From an uncultured delta proteobacterium (GTDB lineage Bacteria > Myxococcota > Kuafuiibacteriia > Kuafuiibacteriales > Kuafuiibacteriaceae), in contig CAWDML010000001.1 of the NCBI GenBank assembly GCA_963803435.1, positions 2,752,001 to 2,816,000 of the forward strand: 64,000 nucleotides of DNA, written 5' to 3'. Shown piece after piece: positions 49,629 to 59,139 of the stretch. Below the pieces are notes generated by a model that saw nothing but the letters and a program-made list of their open reading frames with translations, was not told the origin of the DNA and did not search any database. Within the stretch, counting starts at the first letter, position 1, and the number at the start of each line of letters is the position of its first letter. The translations under genes and the position numbers were made by a program.

Positions 49629-52538
49629 TCACCTGAAGATCCTCTCGATGAGCCGGTTCGCGTCGTCGATCATGCTGCGCGCCATGTTGATCATCTGATC
49701 TCGGAACTTGGTGATCTTGTCGATCTCCGAGAAGATCAGCTCGCGCGCCCGCGGCGCCTTGTCCGCCTTGCTGGCCTTCTCGCGAAGCTCGTCTCCCAGC
49801 CTTTCGATCCCGCGGTCCAGAACCTGCGCGCGCTCGTGAAGGTCCTTGGTCTCCTCCTGGGCCGCCTTGAGCTCGTGGCTGTCCTCCGGCAGTGCGCCCG
49901 ACGCGACCTTGGCCTCGAGCGACTTGACCTTCTTCTCGGCGGCGTCGATGTCCTTGTTGATCTCACGCCGATCTTCGATGCGCGCGTCCTGGCTCTTGCT
50001 AATGTCCTGGCGCTGGGCATCCCACTTGGCAGCCTCGTCCTCCTGCTTGGTGAGCTCGCGCAGCTTGTCTTCGCGTTCCTTGTCGGACCACTTCGCGAAG
50101 ATCAGCATGAAGTAAAAGACCTTGTCCTGAATGGACAGCGCTGGATCCGCCAGCACCTGGGCGCACTCGAGCGCGCGCCTCTGCGCCGGAGTCGGATCGC
50201 CTTTGCGAGAGGACGACGTCGTCCCGTCGGACCGAGCGGAGTCGTGCGGAGGCTCTCGATCGCCCGGTCGCTTCGGAGGTTCGTCGCCCCCATTGCCGGT
50301 ACCACCGGTACCACCGGTACCACCGGTACCGCCGGTACCACCTTTGCCACCATCTGCCGGCGGCAGGATGCCCATGGCCTCGAGGTTGGCCTTGTTCTCG
50401 AGCATCGTCGACTCGACCTGCTTGGGATCCGAGAATGCGCCGACCAAGAACTTCAGGCCAGTGAGGACGTTCTCGTCCGACGCCTTCAGGCGCTCTTGCT
50501 CTCGCTGGTCGATCTTCCCTTGCAGAATCGGGACACCCTTCATGCCCTCGTGGATGTCTTTGCGGAGCGTTCCGATCTGCGTCTGATACTCGTCGGCCGT
50601 CTTCTGAAGGCTGGCAATCGCCGCCTCGGCCGTCTTTTGGGCCTCGGGCTCCGACGGGAGCGTGTCTTTCAGCTCCTTGATGTGGGTCCGAACCTTCGCG
50701 AGCTCCGACTCCATGTCGGCGAGCCGTCGCCGCTCGGTCTCGATGCGCTGGCGTCCGTGATCGAGCGCCGCCCGGGCGTCCTTGATCGCAGCCTTGTCTT
50801 GACTCTCGGTCGCGGTGGCGAAGAGCGCGAGCAAGCTCGACGCCTCTTTGGAGACGCCAAGGTCGACCAGCTTCTCACAGAGCCGGGTCACGAGGTCGAG
50901 GTTGGTGGTCGGATGGTGCTTCTCGACAATCTCCTCGATCGCCGCGGCGACCTTGTCTCGAAGCTCCGCGTTCTCTGGCTTCTTGAGGTCGGGGAAGATT
51001 CCCACGGTGTTGGCTGCGCTGGCCTTGGGATCCTTCGGGTCGATGAAGTTGATGAGGGTGCTCTTGGGCTCCGGCGCCGCGGATTTGCTGGCGGTTGCGC
51101 TGGCCTCGCCGCTCGTACGCGCCTTCATCCGATCGAATCCCGTGGTACCGCTCGGGTCGCGCTCGGCGAACAGTCCCTGATAGATCCGGTCGATCGTGGA
51201 GAGGCGATCGAGGTCGTGCCGCTGAGACGGCCTCAGATCGAGCGCGTCCGCCACCAGTCGGGCCAGCGCCTTGCCGGTCAGCTTGCCGAGCGCGTCCGTC
51301 ACGCTCTCGGAGGGCCCGACCCCCTCGGTCTCGTACTTGATCGCCTGCATGTGCTCGAGGTTCGCCTCCAGCGCCTTGAGGTCGTCCTCGGCGGCCTTCC
51401 GCTCCCTCGCCGCCGCGTCGATGGTCTCCGGACGCTGGGACGTCATCGCCTGCCTGCAGTTGCGATCGCACCGATCCATCTTCGCGCGGGCGGCCTTGAT
51501 CAGCGCGTTGAGCAGCGCCTCGAGCGTATCGAACTGGTTCGGGGACTCGTAGTCCTTGTACGGAGCGAACGCCGCCTCGATCGCCTTGGCGGCCTTGTCC
51601 ATCCGGGGATGCTCGGCGATGCCGAACGCGTCCGCGGTCTGGCGGGCGATGACCTCCGGCGCGTTGATGCCCTCCGGCATCGGGGTCGGCTTTCTCTTGT
51701 CCTTCGCCGCCTGCGCGCCGGCGAGCGAGGCCGAGAGCGAGCGGAGCAGCGTGAACACCGGGGTGTTCTCGGCGGAGGGCTTGCTCCGCGTGTCGCTCGG
51801 CGAGGCGTCGCCGATCAGGGACTTCGGGATGGGATCGATCGCGGGCGGCGGATCGGCCGGAGCGCCCGTCTTCCCCGCCGCCTCGGGTCCGTCGGCCGCC
51901 ACGAGGTTGCGCACCAGCTTCGAGGCCAGCTCGGCGCCGTCCTTGAGGATCGCCTCACCGAGGTCAATCGCGAGCCCCCACCAGTCCGACCTCTTGTCGA
52001 GCTGCGTATGGCGGGGATGGTCGAGCACCTCGCGGGCGTTGGTGCCGAGCTTCGGCTCGCCGAGGCCCATCCGATCGAGGAGGACCCAGAGCAGGTGGTT
52101 CTTCGGTAGGACCGGCTTGCCGTCCTTGTTGGTGTTCGCACGCTGGCTGAGCTGTGCCTGCGCCGGGTCGTCGACCTTCGGCGGGCTCCCGACGGCCTTG
52201 CGGATGAGCGTGCGAAACGCCTCCTGCGCAACCCCGCTGCCCTTGGTGTCGAGGAGGATCGCCTCGGCGAGCTGGGCGGCGCCCTGAAGGAGGGTCCTGG
52301 GCGCGGGCTTCTTGCCGGACTCGGACGCGCTCTCGGTGGTGCGGGTGACGAGCGTGTCGAACACGGCCTTGGTCTTGGGACCGAGCGAGGCGGCGTCGAA
52401 CGCGTTGGGATCAACCCCAAACTTCTTCAGAAAGCGAGCGCTCACGGCCTTCACGACCTCGGTCAGCGCCTGATCGACGAGCTGCTGAACGACGTCCGGG
52501 CTTCGATTTTGCCCTGCTCTGCTGACGGAGCTGGTCAC
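49629..52538 (-). CDS. Hypothetical 969-aa helical/coiled-coil protein, candidate type III-exported structural or translocator-like protein
   Basis: GAGGAG RBS; no signal peptide; Ser-rich N-terminus; coiled coils; amphipathic C-terminal helix ending IERIFR. Confidence 0.8.
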   Translation of the reverse strand: MTSSVSRAGQNRSPDVVQQLVDQALTEVVKAVSARFLKKFGVDPNAFDAASLGPKTKAVFDTLVTRTTESASESGKKPAPRTLLQGAAQLAEAILLDTKGSGVAQEAFRTLIRKAVGSPPKVDDPAQAQLSQRANTNKDGKPVLPKNHLLWVLLDRMGLGEPKLGTNAREVLDHPRHTQLDKRSDWWGLAIDLGEAILKDGAELASKLVRNLVAADGPEAAGKTGAPADPPPAIDPIPKSLIGDASPSDTRSKPSAENTPVFTLLRSLSASLAGAQAAKDKRKPTPMPEGINAPEVIARQTADAFGIAEHPRMDKAAKAIEAAFAPYKDYESPNQFDTLEALLNALIKAARAKMDRCDRNCRQAMTSQRPETIDAAARERKAAEDDLKALEANLEHMQAIKYETEGVGPSESVTDALGKLTGKALARLVADALDLRPSQRHDLDRLSTIDRIYQGLFAERDPSGTTGFDRMKARTSGEASATASKSAAPEPKSTLINFIDPKDPKASAANTVGIFPDLKKPENAELRDKVAAAIEEIVEKHHPTTNLDLVTRLCEKLVDLGVSKEASSLLALFATATESQDKAAIKDARAALDHGRQRIETERRRLADMESELAKVRTHIKELKDTLPSEPEAQKTAEAAIASLQKTADEYQTQIGTLRKDIHEGMKGVPILQGKIDQREQERLKASDENVLTGLKFLVGAFSDPKQVESTMLENKANLEAMGILPPADGGKGGTGGTGGTGGTGGTGNGGDEPPKRPGDREPPHDSARSDGTTSSSRKGDPTPAQRRALECAQVLADPALSIQDKVFYFMLIFAKWSDKEREDKLRELTKQEDEAAKWDAQRQDISKSQDARIEDRREINKDIDAAEKKVKSLEAKVASGALPEDSHELKAAQEETKDLHERAQVLDRGIERLGDELREKASKADKAPRARELIFSEIDKITKFRDQMINMARSMIDDANRLIERIFR
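50296..50342. repeat. 9-bp tandem repeat (CCGGTACCA)~5 encoding a (GGT)n linker
   Basis: Seen directly; protein reads GGKGGTGGTGGTGGTGGTGNGG. Confidence 0.85.
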
Positions 52539-52584
52539 ATCTCACTCCTCACCGGGACGCAAATCGCCCAGTGACCCTTGTAAG

Positions 52585-52611
52585 TCATCGGCGAGAGTGA
52601 AGCCAAGTTGC
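52585..52611 (-). promoter_or_regulatory. sigma28/FliA-like promoter
   Basis: GCAA-N15-GCCGATGA upstream of the 969-aa gene. Confidence 0.65.
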
Positions 52612-52647
52612 GTGGGAAAGTGTCGGACAATCGGCGTGTCGAGTCTC

Positions 52648-53232
52648 TCAATCCGGACGCATCGGTTTGTGGAGATTCATCGCGGGGTTGTCCTCGGTGA
52701 GGACGTCGATGATACGGTCAATCTCGTCGTAGACGGCCCCCAGGCTGCCCCGCGTGATGTCGTGGGAGCGCCACTTCTTCTCGTACTTGTCGGCGACGAA
52801 GTCGATCACGCCCTGTGTGATCTCGCCGCCCCGGCTCAAGAGGTAAGCTGCGTCCAGGATCTCGGTGGCGCGCATCCGGATCCGCAGATCCACGACCTCG
52901 CCGTCGCCGTCGAGGCCGAGCTGATGGAGCGGCTTCGGCAGGTAGTTGACCGCGTCCAGGCCGTCCCGGCGCATGTTCTCGAGCAGGCGCTCCGACTCCT
53001 CGTAGCGGTTGCGGGCGAAGGAATCCCCGTCGAGCATGGCCGCCCGTTGCGCATCCCGGACGTTCCGGAGCTCGTAGTTGGTGAGCATCCCGTCGAACCC
53101 ACGGCCGCTCCGCTCCGGGAGGATGAGGTAGGACGAGAACCCTTCTGGGTGTCGATTCGCCAGCTTGTCCCGTTGCAGCAGGTCCAAGCGGCTGAACTCG
53201 TACGTGTCGAGCCCGACTCGTCCGAAAGCCAC
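52648..53232 (-). CDS. Hypothetical protein
   Basis: ORF 52648-53259; preferred GTG start (MAFGRVG) 7 nt after the promoter motif. Confidence 0.72.
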   Translation of the reverse strand: MAFGRVGLDTYEFSRLDLLQRDKLANRHPEGFSSYLILPERSGRGFDGMLTNYELRNVRDAQRAAMLDGDSFARNRYEESERLLENMRRDGLDAVNYLPKPLHQLGLDGDGEVVDLRIRMRATEILDAAYLLSRGGEITQGVIDFVADKYEKKWRSHDITRGSLGAVYDEIDRIIDVLTEDNPAMNLHKPMRPD

Positions 53233-53239
53233 ATCACAT

Positions 53240-53266
53240 ATATCGTCTAATGTAGGCAAAGGTTGT
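53240..53266 (-). promoter_or_regulatory. sigma28/FliA-like promoter
   Basis: ACAA-N15-GACGATAT in an AT-rich patch. Confidence 0.6.
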
Positions 53267-53270
53267 CTAT

Positions 53271-54941
53271 TTAGCGGGGGTCGTTCGCACCCAACAGGAC
53301 GAGCTGGATTTCAATCTCGGGCGTCACCCCGAGGCGGCGCCGCACCCGGTCGCGGATCGTGGTCCGGGCGGCCGCTTCCATCGCCTCCCGGGATTCTCGG
53401 CCGTTCGCGGCCTCCGACGCGGCTTTTTGCAGCTCCGCGCCCAGCCCCGGTGGGAGCGACACCCCGCGGGCGCTCAGGGCCACCCCGATGGGGGCACCGG
53501 TGCGCCGGTCGAGGGCGAGGGCGCACACCAAAAGCCCGGCCCGCCCGATCCGGCGGCGATCGCGGATGTCACCCCAGTCGAGGATGCGGCCGGCGGCGTC
53601 CACCATGCGCTTGCTGACCGGCTCGTCGGGCCCCCGGTCCAGCCCCTCGGGCCCGAGGACCACGCTGGCGCCGTCCTCGATCACCTGGATCCGCGCGCGC
53701 GCCATCCCGACCGCCTCCGCGATCCGCGCGTGCGCCTCCAGCATGGTGCGCTCGCCGTGGATGGGGACGAAGTGCCGGGGACGGACGATCCGGAGCAGGT
53801 CGGCTTGCTCCTCGGCGTAGGCGTGTCCGGAGCAGTGGACCGGGGCCATGCGGTCGTGCACGACCTCGATCCCGCGGCGCGCCAGCTCGTTGACGATGCG
53901 GCGCACCGGCTTCTCGTTCCCCGGGATCGTGCGAGCGCTCATCACCACCCGGTCGCCGGGTTGAGGGCGCAGCGCGGCGTCATGGCCTGCGGCGATCCGC
54001 GCGAGCCCTCCGGTGAGCTCGCCCTGGGTCCCGGTCGCCAGCACCAGGACCTCGCGGCGCGGCTTCTGGGCGGCGGCCTCGGCGGTGAGCAGCAGGGTGG
54101 GATCGTTCGGGAGGAGGCCGCGCTCCACGCCGATCGCCCAGGTGCGCTCGAGCGAGCGTCCGGCCAGCATCACCTTTCTACCGTTGCGAAGCGCGGCGTC
54201 CACCGCCGCTCCGATGCGATGCAGGTGCGACGAGAACAGCGAGATCACCACGCGACCGCTCGTGCCTGCGACGATGTCGGCGATCGACTGCGCGACCTCG
54301 TGCTCGGACCGCCCGCGGCCCGTCACCTCGGCGTTCGTCGAGTCGGAGAGCAGCACGTCGATCCCGAGATCGCCCAGGGCGCGCAATCGTTCCACGTCGG
54401 TGCGCAGACCGTCGCGGGGCTGCTCGTCGAGCTTGAAGTCACCGCTGTGGAGGAGGCGTCCGCCCGGCGTCTCGACGTAGATCGCAGCGGCCTCGGGGAT
54501 GGAGTGGGTGACGCGGATGAGCTCCACCACGAACGGGCCCAGCTCGATGCGCCCGCCGAGAGGAACCTCTGTCAACTTGTCTTGCGCGCTGCGTTCGTTC
54601 GAGCTCCGCTCCAGGCGAGAGCGCGCGAACGCGATCGTGGTGGGCGTGCCGAAGACCGGCGTGTCCAGCTCGGCGAGCAGCGCCGGAAGCGCGCCCAGGT
54701 GGTCCTCGTGACCGTGCGTGAGCACGACGCCCCGCAGGCAGCGCCGCTCCCCGAACAAGGGCTCGAACCCCGGAACTGCGCGCTCGATGCCGGGCGCGTC
54801 CCAGACCCCGAGCAACGCCCCGCAGTCGATCAGGAGCGCGTCGTCGCCATACAGCAGCAGCGTCGCGTTGAGCCCCACCTCTCCGCACCCGCCGAGCGGC
54901 AGGACCCGCAGCTGAGCCCCGGGTTCAGACGCCATCCCCAC
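53271..54941 (-). CDS. rnj: Ribonuclease J
   Basis: PLGGCGEVGLN, THGHEDHLG, VTHSIPE, DSTNA, GTQGE, IPGNE, HCSGH, PIHGE. Confidence 0.93.
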   Translation of the reverse strand: MGMASEPGAQLRVLPLGGCGEVGLNATLLLYGDDALLIDCGALLGVWDAPGIERAVPGFEPLFGERRCLRGVVLTHGHEDHLGALPALLAELDTPVFGTPTTIAFARSRLERSSNERSAQDKLTEVPLGGRIELGPFVVELIRVTHSIPEAAAIYVETPGGRLLHSGDFKLDEQPRDGLRTDVERLRALGDLGIDVLLSDSTNAEVTGRGRSEHEVAQSIADIVAGTSGRVVISLFSSHLHRIGAAVDAALRNGRKVMLAGRSLERTWAIGVERGLLPNDPTLLLTAEAAAQKPRREVLVLATGTQGELTGGLARIAAGHDAALRPQPGDRVVMSARTIPGNEKPVRRIVNELARRGIEVVHDRMAPVHCSGHAYAEEQADLLRIVRPRHFVPIHGERTMLEAHARIAEAVGMARARIQVIEDGASVVLGPEGLDRGPDEPVSKRMVDAAGRILDWGDIRDRRRIGRAGLLVCALALDRRTGAPIGVALSARGVSLPPGLGAELQKAASEAANGRESREAMEAAARTTIRDRVRRRLGVTPEIEIQLVLLGANDPR

Positions 54942-55906
54942 CCCGCCTGCGGCGAAACCACTCGACGAAGCGCGGGATGCCCTCGGAGACCGGCGTGGTG
55001 GGATCGTAGTCGAGCTCGCTCTTCGCGCGCTCGATCGACGCGTAGGTGATCGGAACGTCGCCCGGCTGATCGGGGACGCGGTCGAGGATGGCCTTCTTGC
55101 CGAGGGCGCGCTCGATCGCCGCCACCAGCTCGGCCAGCGACGTGGTGGCCGCGCCCCCCAGGTTGTAGATGCGGTACCCGGGCTCGCGGACCGTCCGATC
55201 GATGGCGGCCAGCACCCCGGTCACGCAGTCGTCGATGTACGTGTAGTCGCGGGAAGACGCGCCGTTGCCGTGGAATCGGATCGGCTCGCCGTCCTCGATG
55301 CGCTGGGTGAACAGATGGATCGCCATCTCCGGGCGCTGCCGCGGCCCATAGACGGTGAAGAAGCGGAGCGCCGTGAAGTGCGTCCCGAACAGGTGGTGAT
55401 AGGTAAAGCCGAACAGCTCGCCCGCCTTCTTGGTGGCGGCGTAGGGGCTGATCGGATCGTCGACGCGGTCCTCCTCTCGAAACGGCACGGTCCGGCGAGC
55501 TCCGTACACCGACGAGCTGGACGCGAAGATGAAGGGCCGGAATCCCGTGCTCCCGCGCGAGCTCGAGCAGGCGGACGGTGCCCTCCACGTTGTTCATCTC
55601 GTACACCAGCGGCTGGCGGATCGACGGACGCACGCCCGCCCAGGCGGCCAGGTGGCAGATGGCGTCGGGCTTGGTGCTCTCGAAGGTGGCCTGCAGCGCC
55701 TCCTTGGCCTTCACCACGTCGGCGCGGACCAGCTTGAACCGACCCGAGGTGGAGGCCTCGACCTCGCGGATGTTCGCCTCCTTGATCGAGGGATCGTAGA
55801 AATCGTTGAAGTTGTCGACGCCGATCACCTCGTCGCCGCGGGCGCAGAGCGCCTCGCAGACGGCCGAGCCGATGAAGCCGGCGGCGCCGGTGACCAGGAC
55901 GCGCAT
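54925..55906 (-). CDS. NAD-dependent epimerase/dehydratase (UDP-glucuronate 4-epimerase-like); +1 frameshift at 55540
   Basis: TGAAGFIG, HLAAWAGVRPS, corrected FIFASSSSVYG, YAATK, RFFTVYGPRQRPEMA. Confidence 0.92.
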
Positions 55907-55998
55907 GACGACCGACGCTCACCTCTCGGCACTCGCGCGTCAACGGTGGGTGGGGTGCCTTTCTTGACAGCATCCAGAGGTCGGGCGAGGACTTTGCT

Positions 55999-56928
55999 GT
56001 GCGGCCCGAACAGGTGCTCGTCGTGCTCGCCGTCCTCGCCCTCGCCCCCGCGGTCGCCGAGGCCGGCGAGAACGACTTCCGCCTGAACGCGCGGCGCGAC
56101 GGCCGCGGCATCCTCTTCACCGAGAGCGGCGGTCGCTTCGAGCCGAACAACGAGCTCTTCCGCGACTTCACCACCGAGCTCGGCTTCGTCTTCGCGCCCC
56201 GTCTGGCCGCACCCGCCGAGACCCTCGGCCACTCCGGATTCCAGGTGAGCGCGCTCTGGAGCGGCACATTCGTCTCGAACGATCAGGACTTCTGGTTCGT
56301 CACCGACCGCGCGCAGCAGGGTCGCTCACCGCAGGGGATGCTGCAGACGCTGCAGCTCGACGTGCGCAAGGGCCTCCCGTTCTCCTTCGAGATCGGCGTC
56401 AACTTCATGTGGTTGATCGACAGCGAGCTCTTCGCCCCCGGCCTCGAGGTCCGCTGGGCCCTCCAAGAGGGCTACAAGTACGTCCCCGACTTCGGGCTGC
56501 GCGGCTCGGTCAATCACATGGTCGGCAACCGCGACCTGCTCCTCACCACCGTCGGGATCGACGCCGTCCTCTCGAAGAACTTCGGTCTCTTCGGCATGGT
56601 CAACGTCGCCCCGTACCTGAGCTGGTCGTTCATCCTGATCGCCGCCACCTCGCGCGTCATCGATCCGACCCCCACCGCCGAAGTCACGGATCAGATCCGC
56701 CTGCCCGACGGCACCACGCGCAGCGTCGCCCGCTCGGACATCGAGAACAACTTCGTCTTCGACGAGGTCACCGCCGGCAGCAAGCTCCATCACAAGCTCA
56801 CGATTGGGCTCCGCACCGTCTACTACGTCCTCAACCTGTCGGTGCAAGGCGAGTTCGAGATGCTGGGCGGCAAGGGCGCGTTCGGTCCGGTCGCCACCAT
56901 CACCACGAAGCTGGGGCTGGATTTCTAG
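55999..56928 (+). CDS. Putative outer-membrane beta-barrel protein
   Basis: Signal peptide, PAETLGHSGF, RKGLPFSFE, C-terminal LGLDF. Confidence 0.75.
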   Translation: MRPEQVLVVLAVLALAPAVAEAGENDFRLNARRDGRGILFTESGGRFEPNNELFRDFTTELGFVFAPRLAAPAETLGHSGFQVSALWSGTFVSNDQDFWFVTDRAQQGRSPQGMLQTLQLDVRKGLPFSFEIGVNFMWLIDSELFAPGLEVRWALQEGYKYVPDFGLRGSVNHMVGNRDLLLTTVGIDAVLSKNFGLFGMVNVAPYLSWSFILIAATSRVIDPTPTAEVTDQIRLPDGTTRSVARSDIENNFVFDEVTAGSKLHHKLTIGLRTVYYVLNLSVQGEFEMLGGKGAFGPVATITTKLGLDF

Positions 56929-57123
56929 CTAGGCTTCGTCGTCCGGTGGTTCGAGCTTCTTCTTCGGGGTCACATCGATCTCGTTGTCACCCTTCAGTCC
57001 GCGCTTGAAGTTGCGGACGGAGCGACCGAGGGCATCGCCGAGCTGGGGTAGCCGCGTCGCTCCGAGCACCAGCACGATCACGAAGATGATGATCAGGGAC
57101 TCTTGGAGGCTCGGACAACCCAT
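56929..57123 (-). CDS. tatA: Twin-arginine translocase TatA/TatE subunit
   Basis: TM helix followed by GATRLPQLGDALGRSVRNFKRG. Confidence 0.9.
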   Translation of the reverse strand: MGCPSLQESLIIIFVIVLVLGATRLPQLGDALGRSVRNFKRGLKGDNEIDVTPKKKLEPPDDEA

Positions 57124-57150
57124 GTTGCGCGAGATGAACGTAGCACAGCG

Positions 57151-59139
57151 TCAGGGGGTGGGCTCGGTTTTCTTCGCGCTCTCCTGGGGCGCCTTGACGA
57201 ACTCGACGCGAAACTTTCGTTGCTCGATGCCGTCGGGAATCTCGGGAAAAACGACGACGAACCGGGCATTTGCCCCCGGGTCGATCTCGAGCTGCTCAGG
57301 CGAGGCGTTCTGCTTCGCGGTGCGGTACGCGGCTTCCAGATCCGCCGGGCTCTCCACCGAGGCCAGCGTGGCTTCGTCCAGCGCGACGCCGACGAGCGCA
57401 CGGCGGCGCTCCACGATCTCGTCCCCGTCCATCATGAGGACGACCGCCTGAACGTTGTCGAGCGTGGTCTCGGTCTCGTTGCGTGCGCTCCCCGAGACCA
57501 CCAGCATGCGCGCGCCGTTCCGCCCGTCGTAGGAGGTGACGCGCGCACCGAGCGGGCTGACGCGCTCGAGACTCTCGGGGAGCAGCTTCTTCGGCTGGAT
57601 CAGCTCGGTGCCCATCCGGAGATCGGTCCACCCGCCCACCAGGCCGGGGAACACGAACAGCGCGATCACGAGACCGACCGCCGCACCCACCACGGTGGGC
57701 CAGACACCGATCGACGACTCCGTCTCCTCATCGCGGTACGCCGCCGCCACCGCGGTCTTGGCGTGGCTCACCTCGCCGTGCATCTGCGCGGTGCTGCCGA
57801 ACCGGATCCGCGCCAGCGGCTCCGGCGTCGGCCTCGGCGGCGACGGCGGGGACATGAAGTCGTCCTCCACCGGCGCGTCGAACATCGGGGGCGGGACGCC
57901 GATGTCGATGTCGGCGAACGGATCGTCGTCGGTGGCGCCGGCCGGGACGATCTTCTCCACGTTCGACCGCGGCTTCCCAAGGTCGGGCGGCGGCGGGAAC
58001 ATTCCCGTCTTCGGATCGGACTTCGGGACACCGCGCTGGTGCAGGTCCGGCCCCGGCGCCGGCGGGTTCTGGAACGGGTTGGACTCCGGCCGACCGAGGG
58101 GCTGCGACAGCGGGTTGGCGTCGGGAAACGGATCAGGCCCCGCGCGGTGCCCCTGCGGCGCCGGATACGGATCGACCGGGGAGATCGCGCTGAAGGGATC
58201 GGGCGCGATGAACGGGTTCGCTCCAGGCTGCGACCCGAGCTCAGGGAACGGATCCTTCGAGCCGGACGGGATCTTCGCGAACGGATCTTTGGAGCCGGAC
58301 GGGATCTTCGCGAACGGATCGTGCGACGCCGGTGCGCGGTCGAACGCATTCATCGGAGAGCTGGAGGGGATCTTCGAGAACGGATCGCTGGAGCTCGACG
58401 GGATCTTCGCGAAAGGATCGGGCGCGCTCGACGAGATCTTCGCGAACGGTCCGTTGCCGTCGGGGTGGAGCTTCACGAACGGGTTGTTGCCGTCGGAGTG
58501 GAGCTTCGGGAACGGCTCGGTCGACTGCGACGGGATCTTGGCGAAGGGATCAGGGCCGATGCCCGGCGGGAAGTGGCCCGGGGACGAGGGCTGCTTGGGA
58601 AACGGATCGGCGCCGTGGAGCGCCGGAGGCGCGAAGTCGTGGAAGGGATCGCGCTTCGAGCCTGGCAGCCTCATCTGCTCCGTCTTCATCTCGGAGAGAG
58701 CGCGCGGCTCCGGAAATCGATCTTGGGTCGGCGGATCGGGGAATGTCGGGAGCTCGCGACGCGTGCTCTCCGGGAACGCCGGCAGTCCGCTCGATCTCGG
58801 CGGCTCCGGTTGCGGGGCCCGCGGCGGCGCGGATCCGAAGCCGAGGGCCGCCGCGACCTCCTGGGTGGTGGCCGGCGGCGGGATCGAGCGCGGCGGTCGG
58901 CTCGGCGGGGTCGATCCGGCCGCGATGGTCGCGAGCTTGTCGGGCGACACCTTGACGGTGGTGGCGCCGACCTCACCGAAGCTCAGGCTGGGGGTCCCGG
59001 CCGGCGTCTCCAGCCCGGCCTCCTTCCGCACGACGAACACGTGGGCGCACTTGCTGCAACGTACCTTGACGCCGCCGCCGGTGACCTTCCCGTCCGCGAT
59101 CCTGAACTTGGTCTCACACTTGTCGCATTGGACGATCAT
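57151..59139 (-). CDS. Zinc-ribbon (MJ0042-type) + Pro-rich DPF-repeat linker + TM + DUF3426-like protein
   Basis: MIVQCDKCETKFRI...VRCSKCAHVF; TM; LVVSGSARN...IDPG...FVVVF. Confidence 0.85.
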   Translation of the reverse strand: MIVQCDKCETKFRIADGKVTGGGVKVRCSKCAHVFVVRKEAGLETPAGTPSLSFGEVGATTVKVSPDKLATIAAGSTPPSRPPRSIPPPATTQEVAAALGFGSAPPRAPQPEPPRSSGLPAFPESTRRELPTFPDPPTQDRFPEPRALSEMKTEQMRLPGSKRDPFHDFAPPALHGADPFPKQPSSPGHFPPGIGPDPFAKIPSQSTEPFPKLHSDGNNPFVKLHPDGNGPFAKISSSAPDPFAKIPSSSSDPFSKIPSSSPMNAFDRAPASHDPFAKIPSGSKDPFAKIPSGSKDPFPELGSQPGANPFIAPDPFSAISPVDPYPAPQGHRAGPDPFPDANPLSQPLGRPESNPFQNPPAPGPDLHQRGVPKSDPKTGMFPPPPDLGKPRSNVEKIVPAGATDDDPFADIDIGVPPPMFDAPVEDDFMSPPSPPRPTPEPLARIRFGSTAQMHGEVSHAKTAVAAAYRDEETESSIGVWPTVVGAAVGLVIALFVFPGLVGGWTDLRMGTELIQPKKLLPESLERVSPLGARVTSYDGRNGARMLVVSGSARNETETTLDNVQAVVLMMDGDEIVERRRALVGVALDEATLASVESPADLEAAYRTAKQNASPEQLEIDPGANARFVVVFPEIPDGIEQRKFRVEFVKAPQESAKKTEPTP
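58246..58555. repeat. 33-bp degenerate tandem repeat encoding PFAKIPSxxxD
   Basis: GAACGGATC recurs at 58246, 58279 and 58312; more diverged copies follow. Confidence 0.85.

Noticed and set aside
30955-55906. Several frameshifted genes as evidence of pseudogenisation or programmed frameshifting
   Set aside because: All share the GATC-to-GAATC signature and lack slippery sites or other decay, so a systematic read error is the better explanation.
58246-58555. 33-bp periodic repeat as a possible CRISPR array
   Set aside because: The units are contiguous with no unique spacers, keep the reading frame inside a CDS, and no cas genes are nearby.
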